A stretch of DNA of 64,000 nt from a candidate division WOR-3 bacterium (lineage in GTDB: Bacteria; Hydrothermota; Hydrothermia; LBFQ01): the NCBI GenBank assembly GCA_039802605.1, contig JBDRWW010000005.1, positions 36,902-100,901 of the forward strand. Direction: 5' to 3'. The notes beneath the pieces were generated by a model. It saw only the letters and a program-made list of their open reading frames with translations. It had not been told where the DNA came from and did not search any database. The translations under genes were made by a program, and so were the position numbers. Of this stretch, positions 29,461 to 39,382 are shown piece after piece. Positions within the stretch are counted from its first letter, which is position 1. Each line of letters starts with the position of its first letter.

Positions 29461-31197
29461 CTATCCATTTAGAAACTCCTTTAAGGTTTTTGCCACCTTT
29501 TTGTTAAAACCGGGGAGCGACGCTATCTCTTCAACACTTGCCTCCTTTATCCCCTTAATGCTCCCGAAATAAGCGAGGAGAACCTTCTTCCTCTTCTCAC
29601 CTATCCCAGGTATTAAATCAAGAACGGATTTATTTGCGTTTTTACTCCTCAATGTTCTATGATAACTCAAAGCAAACCTGTGTGCCTCATCCCTAACGCT
29701 TTGCAGGAGCTTCAAAGCGGGTTCGCTTAAAGGAATCTGAACTATTCTGTTGCCGGGTAATATTACCGTTTCAAACCGTTTTGCAAGGGCCACCGTGGGA
29801 ATTTCAAGGTTGAGCTCTTCTAAGGCTTTCAAGGCCGAATTCAACTGACCTATCCCCCCATCTATAAGGATTAAATCCGGTAGCTCTTTACCTTCTTCCA
29901 AAACCCTTTTATACCTCCTATAAACCACCTCATAAATGGCCTTGTAATCGTCAATGCCTTTAACCGTTTTTATTTTAAACCTCCTATAACCGGATTTAAA
30001 AGGTTTCCCATCTTTAAAAACCACAAGGGATGCAACCTTATGGGTTCCAAAGGTGTGGGAAACATCAAACCCTTCAATTATTCTCGGCAGTTTCGGGAGT
30101 TTTAATAATTTTTTCAAAGATTCCAATGATGGGTGAATTCTTTGCGATTTTTGGATATAACCTTCAACCTCCAACCTCGCGTACATTTCTGCCGCCCTAA
30201 CCGTCTCCAAAACCCCTTCATAAGGCAATTTTATGGGTATCCCGTTTATCTCGTTTAGTTCCAATTCAAAAGGTACTATTATTTCATCCACCTTTCTTGG
30301 ATTGTTGGCATAGTACATTATAAGAAACTCCTCCAATGTTCCCCTTTCCCCTTCTATTGATGTGGTCGTTAAAAATTTATAACTCCCATTTATAATACCG
30401 CCTTCAAGGGTGTATAAGACCACACACGAAGTATTACCTAGGGTATATATAGCCCAAACATCCTTTTCACCCGTATTCCTTGACATAAACTCGTTTAAAC
30501 TCCTAAGCCTATCCCTCCAAATCGCCGCGGCCTCAAAGTTGAGTTTGTTCGCCTCGTTTATCATCCTTTCGTAAATATACCTTGCGACATCACCAATATC
30601 ACCGCTTAAAAACCTCTTAAACCTCTCAACATATTCCGAATATTCTCCTTTAACATCAAACCTACAAGGTGCTATACACCTGCCTATGTGATACTCTATA
30701 CAGGGGTTGTATTTTTTACTTGAAGGGAGCTTTAAAGAGCAATTCCTTAAAGGAAATAGCTTTCTTGCAAACTTCAAGAAGAACCTAACCTGTGATCTGT
30801 TCAGGTAAGGGCCGAAGTTCTCGCCATCCTCCAATGGCCTTCTCGTTAGAACCACACGGGGAATTTCCTCACCGGTAAGGTGTATATAGTAAAAAGGTGT
30901 CTCGCTTTTGAGTTTTATGTTATACTTTGGCTGATGCTTTTTTATAAGGCTGGCCTCCAAAAAAACCGCATTCCTTTCCCCATCCGTTATTATGAATTCC
31001 AAGTCATCCGCTTCCGAAACCATCTTTTGCACCCTCTCATCCGTAGGGGATAGGTAGTATTTAAGCCTATTCCTAAGATTCTTGGCCTTACCGATATATA
31101 TTGGATTGCCGTTATTTTTAAAAACATAAACACCGCTCCTTTCCGGAGCGTTTAATATCTTTTCGGTTATGCTATCTTTGGGTTGAAAGCGATACAT
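29461..31197 (-). CDS. uvrC: Excinuclease ABC subunit C
   Basis: GIY-YIG (GVY/YIGKA), EGFDVSH, DLILIDGG.GQ, RDEAHRFA, HhH IPGIG. Confidence 0.96.
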   Translation of the reverse strand: MYRFQPKDSITEKILNAPERSGVYVFKNNGNPIYIGKAKNLRNRLKYYLSPTDERVQKMVSEADDLEFIITDGERNAVFLEASLIKKHQPKYNIKLKSETPFYYIHLTGEEIPRVVLTRRPLEDGENFGPYLNRSQVRFFLKFARKLFPLRNCSLKLPSSKKYNPCIEYHIGRCIAPCRFDVKGEYSEYVERFKRFLSGDIGDVARYIYERMINEANKLNFEAAAIWRDRLRSLNEFMSRNTGEKDVWAIYTLGNTSCVVLYTLEGGIINGSYKFLTTTSIEGERGTLEEFLIMYYANNPRKVDEIIVPFELELNEINGIPIKLPYEGVLETVRAAEMYARLEVEGYIQKSQRIHPSLESLKKLLKLPKLPRIIEGFDVSHTFGTHKVASLVVFKDGKPFKSGYRRFKIKTVKGIDDYKAIYEVVYRRYKRVLEEGKELPDLILIDGGIGQLNSALKALEELNLEIPTVALAKRFETVILPGNRIVQIPLSEPALKLLQSVRDEAHRFALSYHRTLRSKNANKSVLDLIPGIGEKRKKVLLAYFGSIKGIKEASVEEIASLPGFNKKVAKTLKEFLNG

Positions 31198-31609
31198 AAA
31201 TCATGGGTGCTGGTAAAACGGAGAATTTGCCCTCCTGGGCGAGTAGATATATGGGCAGATTTATACCCCCTTTTAAAAACTTCAACCTATATCCACCCCT
31301 TAAAAATATCGCCGTATAACTCTGATCGTATATGTTTAACCTCGGTATCCCCGCAGTTGTACCGGAAAACCCAAAAGCCAATTCCCATTTGCCGATGTTC
31401 CCACCAAAACCCAAGGAAGAGTTGAGGAGGACAATGTTTTCTTCTCCAATACTATACCTTATACCACCGACTTCAAAAATCCCAAAGGTTGCTTCTCCAA
31501 AGGGGGCATTAACGCCGAAGGCGGGATAACCGAAAAAAATGGGTAATTCTTTATTTACCAAGCCCGGAAATGTGGCAAAGAGATTAATATTAAAAGCCAA
31601 ACTTAGCAT
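31172..31609 (-). CDS. Hypothetical protein, beta-strand rich (small outer-membrane barrel?)
   Basis: ATG 31609 overlaps the upstream gene end; Gly/aromatic alternating strands. Confidence 0.55.
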   Translation of the reverse strand: MLSLAFNINLFATFPGLVNKELPIFFGYPAFGVNAPFGEATFGIFEVGGIRYSIGEENIVLLNSSLGFGGNIGKWELAFGFSGTTAGIPRLNIYDQSYTAIFLRGGYRLKFLKGGINLPIYLLAQEGKFSVLPAPMIYVSLSTQR

Positions 31610-32654
31610 ATTCAAACTCCATTCCCAAGTAAAAAGACCTATGCGAGTTGTTGTAAGCAAATGTAAAGCTCCTGCGGAATAGGTTAAGGGATATTCCCCC
31701 AAATAAGGCTTTATCCACCGGATACAGGTATCCTATAAATACCTCGGGTCTAAACCTCTTTGCGAATCTATACCTAATAACGGGCTCAAAACCCAATAAT
31801 TGCCCTCCCCCGCTTAGAAACCACCTAAAACCTATACCCATCTCCCCACCTTCAAAAAATCCCGTATATCCCAACCTGTTTTCAAATATCAGGCCATTTT
31901 TCAAGTTTTCCGAGTTAAAGACATAACCCAAAAAAGAATAAAAGTCCAAATTATACCTACCCCTGACAAAAACCTTACCCACTTCACCCTCCACCCTCAC
32001 GGGGATTATGGTGGTTGATAGGAAGGATATCTGCCTAAACCTTATGTTGTATCCGTTAAAGGTTTTGTAAAACCCCGACCAAAGGGGAACACCGGAATTG
32101 TTATAAACAAATCCCGAAAAGTACCCGTATCCATCACCCCTTGAAACAAACTCCAAACCTCCACTTGAAAGGTATATCCACTCTTCATAAAAGTCCAAAA
32201 CCATAGTGTCATAAGGATACCTACCTATGTACGCGCTCCTACGGAAAGTTGTAAAGAAACCGCTAATTGTGAATTCCTTCAAAAGCGAAGAATAGGATGA
32301 AAAGGAGATCTTCCCAAAGGATACATCATAATCACCAACCTTGTCCGTGTAACTTCCCCAAAAACTTCCTTCAAATTGAAGGTAAGATTTTCCAATTTTG
32401 CCTCCCACACTCATAAATACCGGTTTTGCATAAAATGGCCTTGTAAGATAAGCGCTATCGCTTAAATATTCGGAATTCTGTGAGGATACCGAATAGGGGT
32501 ATGTATATGCAAAAACATATTCCCTTAGAATTGATGATGAACCCAAGGAACTGTGATAGTTGGCTATGTCTTCAAGCGTTTTATAAGAATTTGGCAAAGA
32601 AAAGGTTAAACCTCCGGATAAAATTGCGTGTAATAAGGGCAGAGTATCTATCAA
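31590..32654 (-). CDS. Hypothetical outer-membrane beta-barrel-like protein
   Basis: 354 aa rich in Y/F/G strands; TTG start 1 nt after tRNA-Met. Confidence 0.6.
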   Translation of the reverse strand: MIDTLPLLHAILSGGLTFSLPNSYKTLEDIANYHSSLGSSSILREYVFAYTYPYSVSSQNSEYLSDSAYLTRPFYAKPVFMSVGGKIGKSYLQFEGSFWGSYTDKVGDYDVSFGKISFSSYSSLLKEFTISGFFTTFRRSAYIGRYPYDTMVLDFYEEWIYLSSGGLEFVSRGDGYGYFSGFVYNNSGVPLWSGFYKTFNGYNIRFRQISFLSTTIIPVRVEGEVGKVFVRGRYNLDFYSFLGYVFNSENLKNGLIFENRLGYTGFFEGGEMGIGFRWFLSGGGQLLGFEPVIRYRFAKRFRPEVFIGYLYPVDKALFGGISLNLFRRSFTFAYNNSHRSFYLGMEFEYAKFGF

Positions 32655-32655
32655 G

Positions 32656-32730
<75 letters not shown>

Positions 32731-32800
32731 TAGAAGTGGATATTTTATACCCGAACGATTGGTTTGTGTGAAAATAAAACGGAGGTATAATTCCCGCTCT

Positions 32801-34366
32801 ATGTCAAGCAAAAACCTTATAAGGTTGATTATTATCCTCTTGGTATTTGTTGGGGGCTTATGGTTGTTGTATCCCACTTATAGGGTTTTAACCATGTCCC
32901 AAGAGGAAAAGGAAAAGATGAACCCCTACGAATTCCAAAAGTTGATGAAGAATTCCCTAAACCTCGGTTTGGATATACAAGGGGGTATGTATATAGTCCT
33001 TTCCATTGACAAATCCAAGCTAAAACCCGAACAGGCGGTGGATGCCGCGGATAGGGTTGTTGAGGTTATAAGGAACAGGGTTGACCAGTTGGGGGTATTT
33101 GAGCCGGTTATCCAAAAGGTCGGTGATGATAGGATAATAGTGCAATTGCCGGGTGTTGTTAGTAAGGAGAGGGCGAGGATGATTATAGGAAAAACCGCCC
33201 TTTTGGAGTTTAAGCTTCTGGCGGATGAAAGGTTATTTGTTGATTTTATTAGGGATGTTGATAGGACTTTGAAAGGGGAAAAAACAGATGGCATTTTTAA
33301 CAGAGAAGATACGACAAAATTGAGCGGGCCGTTTTCAAAACTGCTGGTAGGATTGGAAGGAGATGTAGCGGTTGCGGAAGAAAATTGGGCCAAAGTGGAT
33401 AGCATTTTGAATTTACCCGAGGTAAAGAAACTTGTACCCCCCGGTTATGAAATCCTTTGGGGGGCAACAAAGGAGATTAACGGAAAGAAGTTTAGACATC
33501 TCTTTATGGTAAAGGCCGAAACTCCCCTTACGGGTGCCTATTTGGTGGATGCAAATGCCACAATTGGACAGCAACAGGCGGCGGGGCAGCCCGTGGTTCA
33601 ACTGAGATTTGATAGGACGGGAGCCGCCATATTCGCGAGGATAACCGGTGAAAATGTTGGCAAAAGACTTGCAATAGTTTTGGACGGTATAGTGCAATCA
33701 GCCCCAAGAATTCAAGAAAAAATTCCCACGGGTAATGCCCAGATAACGGGTATTCCGACGCTTCAAGAGGCCAGGGATTTGGCGGCCATTTTAAGGGGCG
33801 GCGCATTGCCCGTACCCGTTAAAATAGAGGAGGAAAGGGTAGTTGGACCCACCTTAGGAAAAGATTCAATAGAAAGGGGTATGAGGGCACTGGCATTGGC
33901 TTTTATAGCCGTAGTGCTGTTTATGATACTATATTACAGGTTTGGCGGAATTATAGCAAACCTCGCCCTTTTGGCAAACTTGGTCCTTATTTTGGACTTT
34001 ATGGCCATGCTAAACGCAACGCTGACTATGCCCGGAATGGCGGGGCTTATTCTAACGGTTGGTATGGCGGTTGATTCAAATGTCCTCATATTTGAGAGAA
34101 TAAGGGAGGAACTGAGAAAGGGGAATCCTTTTAGAACCGCCCTTGAAAGCGGTTATTCAAACGCAACCCGTACCATCTTGGACGCAAATATAACAACGCT
34201 TTTAACATCCTTGGTCCTGATGTTCTTGGGTACGGGTCCAATTCGGGGTTTTGCCGTAGTTTTGAGCATAGGTATCGTAATAAACCTATTCACGGCTATT
34301 GTAATGACGCGTTGGATATTTGAGATTTTGTTGGAAGAGTTAAAGTGGAAAGAAGTGGCGGTATAA
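32801..34366 (+). CDS. secD: Protein translocase subunit SecD
   Basis: LGLDIQGG, RIIVQLPG, GMAVDSNVLIFERIREE, ILDANITT; likely ATG 32801. Confidence 0.97.
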   Translation: MSSKNLIRLIIILLVFVGGLWLLYPTYRVLTMSQEEKEKMNPYEFQKLMKNSLNLGLDIQGGMYIVLSIDKSKLKPEQAVDAADRVVEVIRNRVDQLGVFEPVIQKVGDDRIIVQLPGVVSKERARMIIGKTALLEFKLLADERLFVDFIRDVDRTLKGEKTDGIFNREDTTKLSGPFSKLLVGLEGDVAVAEENWAKVDSILNLPEVKKLVPPGYEILWGATKEINGKKFRHLFMVKAETPLTGAYLVDANATIGQQQAAGQPVVQLRFDRTGAAIFARITGENVGKRLAIVLDGIVQSAPRIQEKIPTGNAQITGIPTLQEARDLAAILRGGALPVPVKIEEERVVGPTLGKDSIERGMRALALAFIAVVLFMILYYRFGGIIANLALLANLVLILDFMAMLNATLTMPGMAGLILTVGMAVDSNVLIFERIREELRKGNPFRTALESGYSNATRTILDANITTLLTSLVLMFLGTGPIRGFAVVLSIGIVINLFTAIVMTRWIFEILLEELKWKEVAV

Positions 34367-34376
34367 GGAGGGAAAA

Positions 34377-35288
34377 ATGTTTAAGTTCCTTTACAATTTA
34401 AACTTTGATTTTATGGGCAATCGAAGGATAGCATATTTGATTTCCGGAACCCTTGTAGCGCTTGGATTGGTGGGGATACTTTTGAGGCTTACACCTCTGG
34501 CGGGATTGGTGGGCTTGAAACAAACATGGTCAATAGATTTCACGGGCGGTAGGTTGGTACAGGTATATGTTGAGGCTCCAATTGAAAGGGTTAGGGGTGC
34601 AATTCTCGGTGCCGGGATAAATGCGGAAATCCAAAACATAGGAGAGGCCAACAAATTCCTGATAAAATATTCCGGGAATGTTGAAGCGGATAGTGTTGTT
34701 AAAATATTGGAGAACAAACTCGGCAAAAAGGTTAGGCTTGATAGGTCGGATATAGTGGGTCCCCGTATAGGATCCGAATTGAGGGAAAGGGCTATACTCC
34801 TCAGCATTTTGGGTTTAATATTGATACTCATATACATATGGTTTAGGTTTGACTTGGTTTTCGGTTTGGCGGCCACCTTAGCATTGTTCCACGATGCGAT
34901 AATCTCTTGGGGTATATACTCCCTGCTCGGTTTTGAAACGGACATGACCGTAATAGCGGCGGTTCTAACCCTTATAGGTTATTCAATAAACGACTCCATA
35001 GTTATAGCGGATAGGGTGAGGGAATACTTGGGAAGGTTTAAGCTGATGGAGTTTTCGGCAGAGGAACTCATAAAAATCTTTAACAGTGCTATAAATTCCA
35101 CGCTTTCAAGAACCGTTATAACCGCATTTACCGCACTAATAGTTGTGTTGGCCATTCTGTTCTTTGGGGGACCCGTTCTATTCAATTTTGCCTTTGTTAT
35201 GACCGTAGGGATAATTGTGGGTACATATTCATCAATATTTATTGTTGCGGCTTTGGTATTGGATTGGAGGCTTAGAAGGGAGAAATAA
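34377..35288 (+). CDS. secF: Protein translocase subunit SecF
   Basis: IDFTGG, VGPRIGSEL, GYSINDSIVIADRVRE, GTYSSIF. Confidence 0.97.
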   Translation: MFKFLYNLNFDFMGNRRIAYLISGTLVALGLVGILLRLTPLAGLVGLKQTWSIDFTGGRLVQVYVEAPIERVRGAILGAGINAEIQNIGEANKFLIKYSGNVEADSVVKILENKLGKKVRLDRSDIVGPRIGSELRERAILLSILGLILILIYIWFRFDLVFGLAATLALFHDAIISWGIYSLLGFETDMTVIAAVLTLIGYSINDSIVIADRVREYLGRFKLMEFSAEELIKIFNSAINSTLSRTVITAFTALIVVLAILFFGGPVLFNFAFVMTVGIIVGTYSSIFIVAALVLDWRLRREK

Positions 35289-35300
35289 AATCCCCAAACT

Positions 35301-37373
35301 TCAGCCAACGGTTATGGCATCTTTGAAGTTTTGAAGGGTTTCCCTCAATATTTTGTTCTTTTCCGATAATAGGTCGGGGTCTTTGGTTAAAATATATTCC
35401 GCATCTTTTTTTGCAATTTCAACGATTTTTAAAAACCTCTCATCGGATGAGATTTCTGTGAGGTTTATACCCTTTAACGACCACTCCCCATGCTGCTTTG
35501 TACCTATTATTTCCCCCGGACCCCTTATCTTCATATCCTCCTCGGCCAAAACAAAGCCATCGGTAATACTTTCAATTGCCTTTATCCTAAGATACGCCTC
35601 ATAACCCAATTTTTCCGGAACCACCATTATGAAAAACGCGGGCTCTTCGTTTCTCAAAATCCTACCCCTTAACTGGTGCAACTGCGCTATTCCAAACCTG
35701 TGGGCATCCTCAACAACCATGAACTTTGCCTTTGGAACATCAACCCCCACCTCAACTATGGTCGTTGAAACCAATATATGTATTTCACCACTCCTAAACC
35801 TTTCCATAACCCCGTTCCTCTCATCGAGTTTCATTTTCCCGTGTATTAAACCCACATTTATTTCCGGTGGCGCTATGGATATCAGGTTTTCGTATAACTT
35901 TTGAACGGATATCAATTGCATCTTTTCACTCTCATCTATCAAGGGTGCTATTACATATGCCTGCCTTTTCGTCTCTATAATCTTTCTAAAAAGCCATTTG
36001 TATAGGTTTAACCTCTGACCTTTCCTTACAACCCGGTTATATACGACGGTTTCAAATGGCCTTTTGGTTATCCTTGAAACCTTTAAATCACCGTATACGG
36101 TTAGGGCCAATGTCCTCGGTATGGGGGTTGCGGTTGAAACTAGAAAGTGGGGATAATAATCCTTTGCCTTCTCAACTAGCCTTGCCCTTTGCGCCACACC
36201 AAACCTGTGTTGCTCATCAACTATGGCCAAAGCCAGGTTTTTAAAAACCGTCTCATCCGTTATCAGGGCGTGGGTTCCAATGACCAATTGTGCCCTACCA
36301 CTTCTAACCTCCTCCCTTACCAACCTTTTAACCCTACCCTTTTGGGAGCTCGTAAGTAAGACCACATTTATCCCCAAAGGTTTCAAATATCCGTATGCAA
36401 CGGAAAATATTTGTTCTGCGAGTATTTCCGTAGGGGCCATTAAGGCCGCCTGATAACCGTTTTCTATTGCTATAAGGGCACTCCAAAGGAGTACAACCGT
36501 CTTACCCGAACCGACATCACCCTGCAAAAGCCTGTGCATGGCCTCGTCTTTGGACATATCCTCCTCTATCTCCCCCATAACCCTCATTTGTTCTTCGGTA
36601 AGTTTAAATGGAAGGCTTTTTACAAATTCATCCGTATATTTCCCAGTTCTATTTAAGGGTATAGCCCTCCTCTTTCCAAAAGATGCGGATATGTTTAAGG
36701 ATAGATAAAACTTTAAAAACTGCTCGTAAATTACCCTCTTTTTACCCTGTAAAATCTCCTCTTCGCTGTTGGGAAAGTGCAAGTGGTATAGGGCATCCTT
36801 TAAGGATACCAAATTCCTACTTTTAACAATGTATTCCGGTAGGGTTTCCGGTATTTCAACTTCCTTCAAAGCGATTTCCACAAGCTTATGAATAGTTTTT
36901 GATTTTAATCCCTCCGTTTGGGGATATACCGGTGTTATCCCCACAAGCTCGTCTTCGGTTGCTATCTCGGGATGAAAAATCCTAAAACTTCCAAAACTCC
37001 TACCGGAATAAGCCCTACCCGCCGCAAGGATTATATCCCCTATCTCGTATTTTCCGAGGATGAATTCCATACCCCTCCATATGAGTTCAACTATTCCCGA
37101 ACCGTCGGATATAACTATGACGGCTTCCGATATGTTGTTTTCCCTATGCCTTTTAAACTTCTTTATAACCCTACCCCTAACCACGACATCCTCACCGGCT
37201 TTTATATACGCTATTCTCTTTATCTCGTTCCTTATTATATACCTTCGGGGTAAGAAAAATAACAAATCTTCAACGGTTTTTATTCCAAGTTTCATTAACT
37301 TTTTAGCCCTACTTTCTCCAACCCCTTTTAAAAACCTAACCTCTGAATTCAGCTTCACTTGTGTATATCGCAA
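35301..37373 (-). CDS. recG: ATP-dependent DNA helicase RecG
   Basis: QGDVGSGKT, DEQHRFGV, ATPIPRTL, QLHQLRGR. Confidence 0.96.
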   Translation of the reverse strand: MRYTQVKLNSEVRFLKGVGESRAKKLMKLGIKTVEDLLFFLPRRYIIRNEIKRIAYIKAGEDVVVRGRVIKKFKRHRENNISEAVIVISDGSGIVELIWRGMEFILGKYEIGDIILAAGRAYSGRSFGSFRIFHPEIATEDELVGITPVYPQTEGLKSKTIHKLVEIALKEVEIPETLPEYIVKSRNLVSLKDALYHLHFPNSEEEILQGKKRVIYEQFLKFYLSLNISASFGKRRAIPLNRTGKYTDEFVKSLPFKLTEEQMRVMGEIEEDMSKDEAMHRLLQGDVGSGKTVVLLWSALIAIENGYQAALMAPTEILAEQIFSVAYGYLKPLGINVVLLTSSQKGRVKRLVREEVRSGRAQLVIGTHALITDETVFKNLALAIVDEQHRFGVAQRARLVEKAKDYYPHFLVSTATPIPRTLALTVYGDLKVSRITKRPFETVVYNRVVRKGQRLNLYKWLFRKIIETKRQAYVIAPLIDESEKMQLISVQKLYENLISIAPPEINVGLIHGKMKLDERNGVMERFRSGEIHILVSTTIVEVGVDVPKAKFMVVEDAHRFGIAQLHQLRGRILRNEEPAFFIMVVPEKLGYEAYLRIKAIESITDGFVLAEEDMKIRGPGEIIGTKQHGEWSLKGINLTEISSDERFLKIVEIAKKDAEYILTKDPDLLSEKNKILRETLQNFKDAITVG

Positions 37374-39382
37374 CTGTCTTGGGGTTCCCTACCGGCCCAA
37401 AACATCTCCAAAGTCTTCTTTGGACAACTTTCCCTTGCGAGTTTAAGGGATTCCGAACATACATTTACAAACCTGAAAGGACCGGAAAAGTCAAAGCTTT
37501 TGGGTTTCAAACCCCTATGAACCTGCGCCATAAACTTTGCCCAAATTGGTACCGCCAATTCCGAACCCGTAGCCCCATAAAATATAACCCTTAAACTGTC
37601 ATATCCCACCCATACCCCAGTAACCATATATGGAGAAAAACCCACAAACCATGTATCCTTGTAATCATCCGTGGTTCCCGTTTTACCAGCAGCCGGCATT
37701 TTCGCATTATCCCACCCGTAATACCTGCTGTTATATGCCGTTCCGCAACACACCACAAATGTTAAAGCATAAGTCGCCATTTTTGCAACATTGGGGTCTA
37801 AAACCTGCACGAGGGTGGGGTGGTTTTCCTCCAAAACATTCCCATAAGCATCTTCAATACGGGTTATGAAGTACGGGTTAAACCTCTTCCCCTTATCCAT
37901 TAAAGTCCCAAATGCCCTTGTCAAATCCCAAAGGGTTACCTCTATACCCCCCAGTGCCATAGATGGATAGGGTTTTATTTGTGTCGTTATTCCCATTTTT
38001 CTCGCAATATCGGATATGTAATATGGCCCTATGTCAAGCGTTAATTTAACCGCCGGGATATTTTTTGATAAGGCCAAGGCCCTCCTTAAATTTATCAAAC
38101 CATCGTATTTTCCATCGTAGTTTTTTGGGGACCATATCCTACCCAACTCATCGACCATTTCAACCTCTTCATCCCTTATGGTATCGCCTGGGGAGTATCC
38201 CTTTGAAAAGGCCGCGGTATATACAAAAACTTTAAAAGCCGAACCCGGTTGCCTCTTAGCCTGCCTAACCCTGTCAAATTGGGAATGTTGGAAATCCCTC
38301 CCCCCAACATATGCCAAAATTCCTCCCAAGGTATCGTAAGCTATTAAGGCCGCTTGAAGGTATTTAGGCTCCCCACCCTTGTAATCTATATACTTCGGTT
38401 TTAGGAATTTCCACTTTTTTTCGTAGTTATCCAAAGTGCTCTTTACTACATCGTTTGCTATCCTCTGCATGTCCAAATCCAAAGTTGTGTATATTTTTCC
38501 GCCACCTCTGTATAAAAAGTCCTCGCCGTATTTTTCAATTACATACTGCCTTACCAACTCCGCAAAATAAGGGGCATCCCCTCCGAATGTGGTTTTCGGG
38601 CGTGGCTGTAATTTTGGTTGTACGTTTATCAAACTGTCGTACTGCTTTTTGTTTATTACCCCGTTTTTAAGCATTGCGTGTAAAACAACCTTTCTACGGG
38701 CGTTTGCCCTTTCGGGATATTTATAAGGGGAGTATGCATTTGGGCTTTTAGGCAATCCGGCGAGTAATGCCGCCTCGTTTATATCTATGTCCTTTGCATC
38801 CTTACCGAAAAAGAACTTTGCGGCGGATTGAACTCCATAAACCCCTTCCCCAAAGTATATTTGGTTTAGATACCTTTCAAGGATTTCATCCTTTGTAAAT
38901 GTGGATTCAAGTTTCAAGGCTAATGCCAACTCCAAGATTTTCCTGTTAATAGTCCTTTCGTGTCCGAGAAACATATTTCTTGCCAACTGTTGGGTTATGG
39001 TTGATCCCCCCTGCCTTATCCGTAAGGAAAACAAGTTTATAATCAATGCCGTAAATGTCCTTCTAAGATCAAAACCCCAATGGTTATAAAATTTCCTATC
39101 TTCAAGGGATATAAAGGCATTTTTTAGTCCGTCGGATATTTTGTCAAGGGTTACATACTCCCTCCTCTCCTCATAAAACTGGTATATAACCTTTCCATGC
39201 CTATCGTAAAGGGTTGTGGCTTGGGGGGGTTTAAAGGCCTCCAACCTCTCAACATCCGGCAGATGTGGCGAAGCCCATATAACTATTAATCCGAGGAGGA
39301 AAAAACCCAAGCAATAAAGTATAAAAACGACCACACCTGTTAATAAGAAATTCCTGAGTTCCTTTTTAAGAAAGTTCTCCAT
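37355..39382 (-). CDS. Class A penicillin-binding protein (PBP1A family)
   Basis: EDRKFY.H.G, GGSTITQQL, SAFK, SKN, KTGT. Confidence 0.95.
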   Translation of the reverse strand: MENFLKKELRNFLLTGVVVFILYCLGFFLLGLIVIWASPHLPDVERLEAFKPPQATTLYDRHGKVIYQFYEERREYVTLDKISDGLKNAFISLEDRKFYNHWGFDLRRTFTALIINLFSLRIRQGGSTITQQLARNMFLGHERTINRKILELALALKLESTFTKDEILERYLNQIYFGEGVYGVQSAAKFFFGKDAKDIDINEAALLAGLPKSPNAYSPYKYPERANARRKVVLHAMLKNGVINKKQYDSLINVQPKLQPRPKTTFGGDAPYFAELVRQYVIEKYGEDFLYRGGGKIYTTLDLDMQRIANDVVKSTLDNYEKKWKFLKPKYIDYKGGEPKYLQAALIAYDTLGGILAYVGGRDFQHSQFDRVRQAKRQPGSAFKVFVYTAAFSKGYSPGDTIRDEEVEMVDELGRIWSPKNYDGKYDGLINLRRALALSKNIPAVKLTLDIGPYYISDIARKMGITTQIKPYPSMALGGIEVTLWDLTRAFGTLMDKGKRFNPYFITRIEDAYGNVLEENHPTLVQVLDPNVAKMATYALTFVVCCGTAYNSRYYGWDNAKMPAAGKTGTTDDYKDTWFVGFSPYMVTGVWVGYDSLRVIFYGATGSELAVPIWAKFMAQVHRGLKPKSFDFSGPFRFVNVCSESLKLARESCPKKTLEMFWAGREPQDSCDIHK

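Noticed and set aside
31172-32654. Single frameshifted gene spanning the two barrel-like ORFs
   Set aside because: The second ORF has its own ATG at 31609 with a short overlap typical of coupled genes in this window
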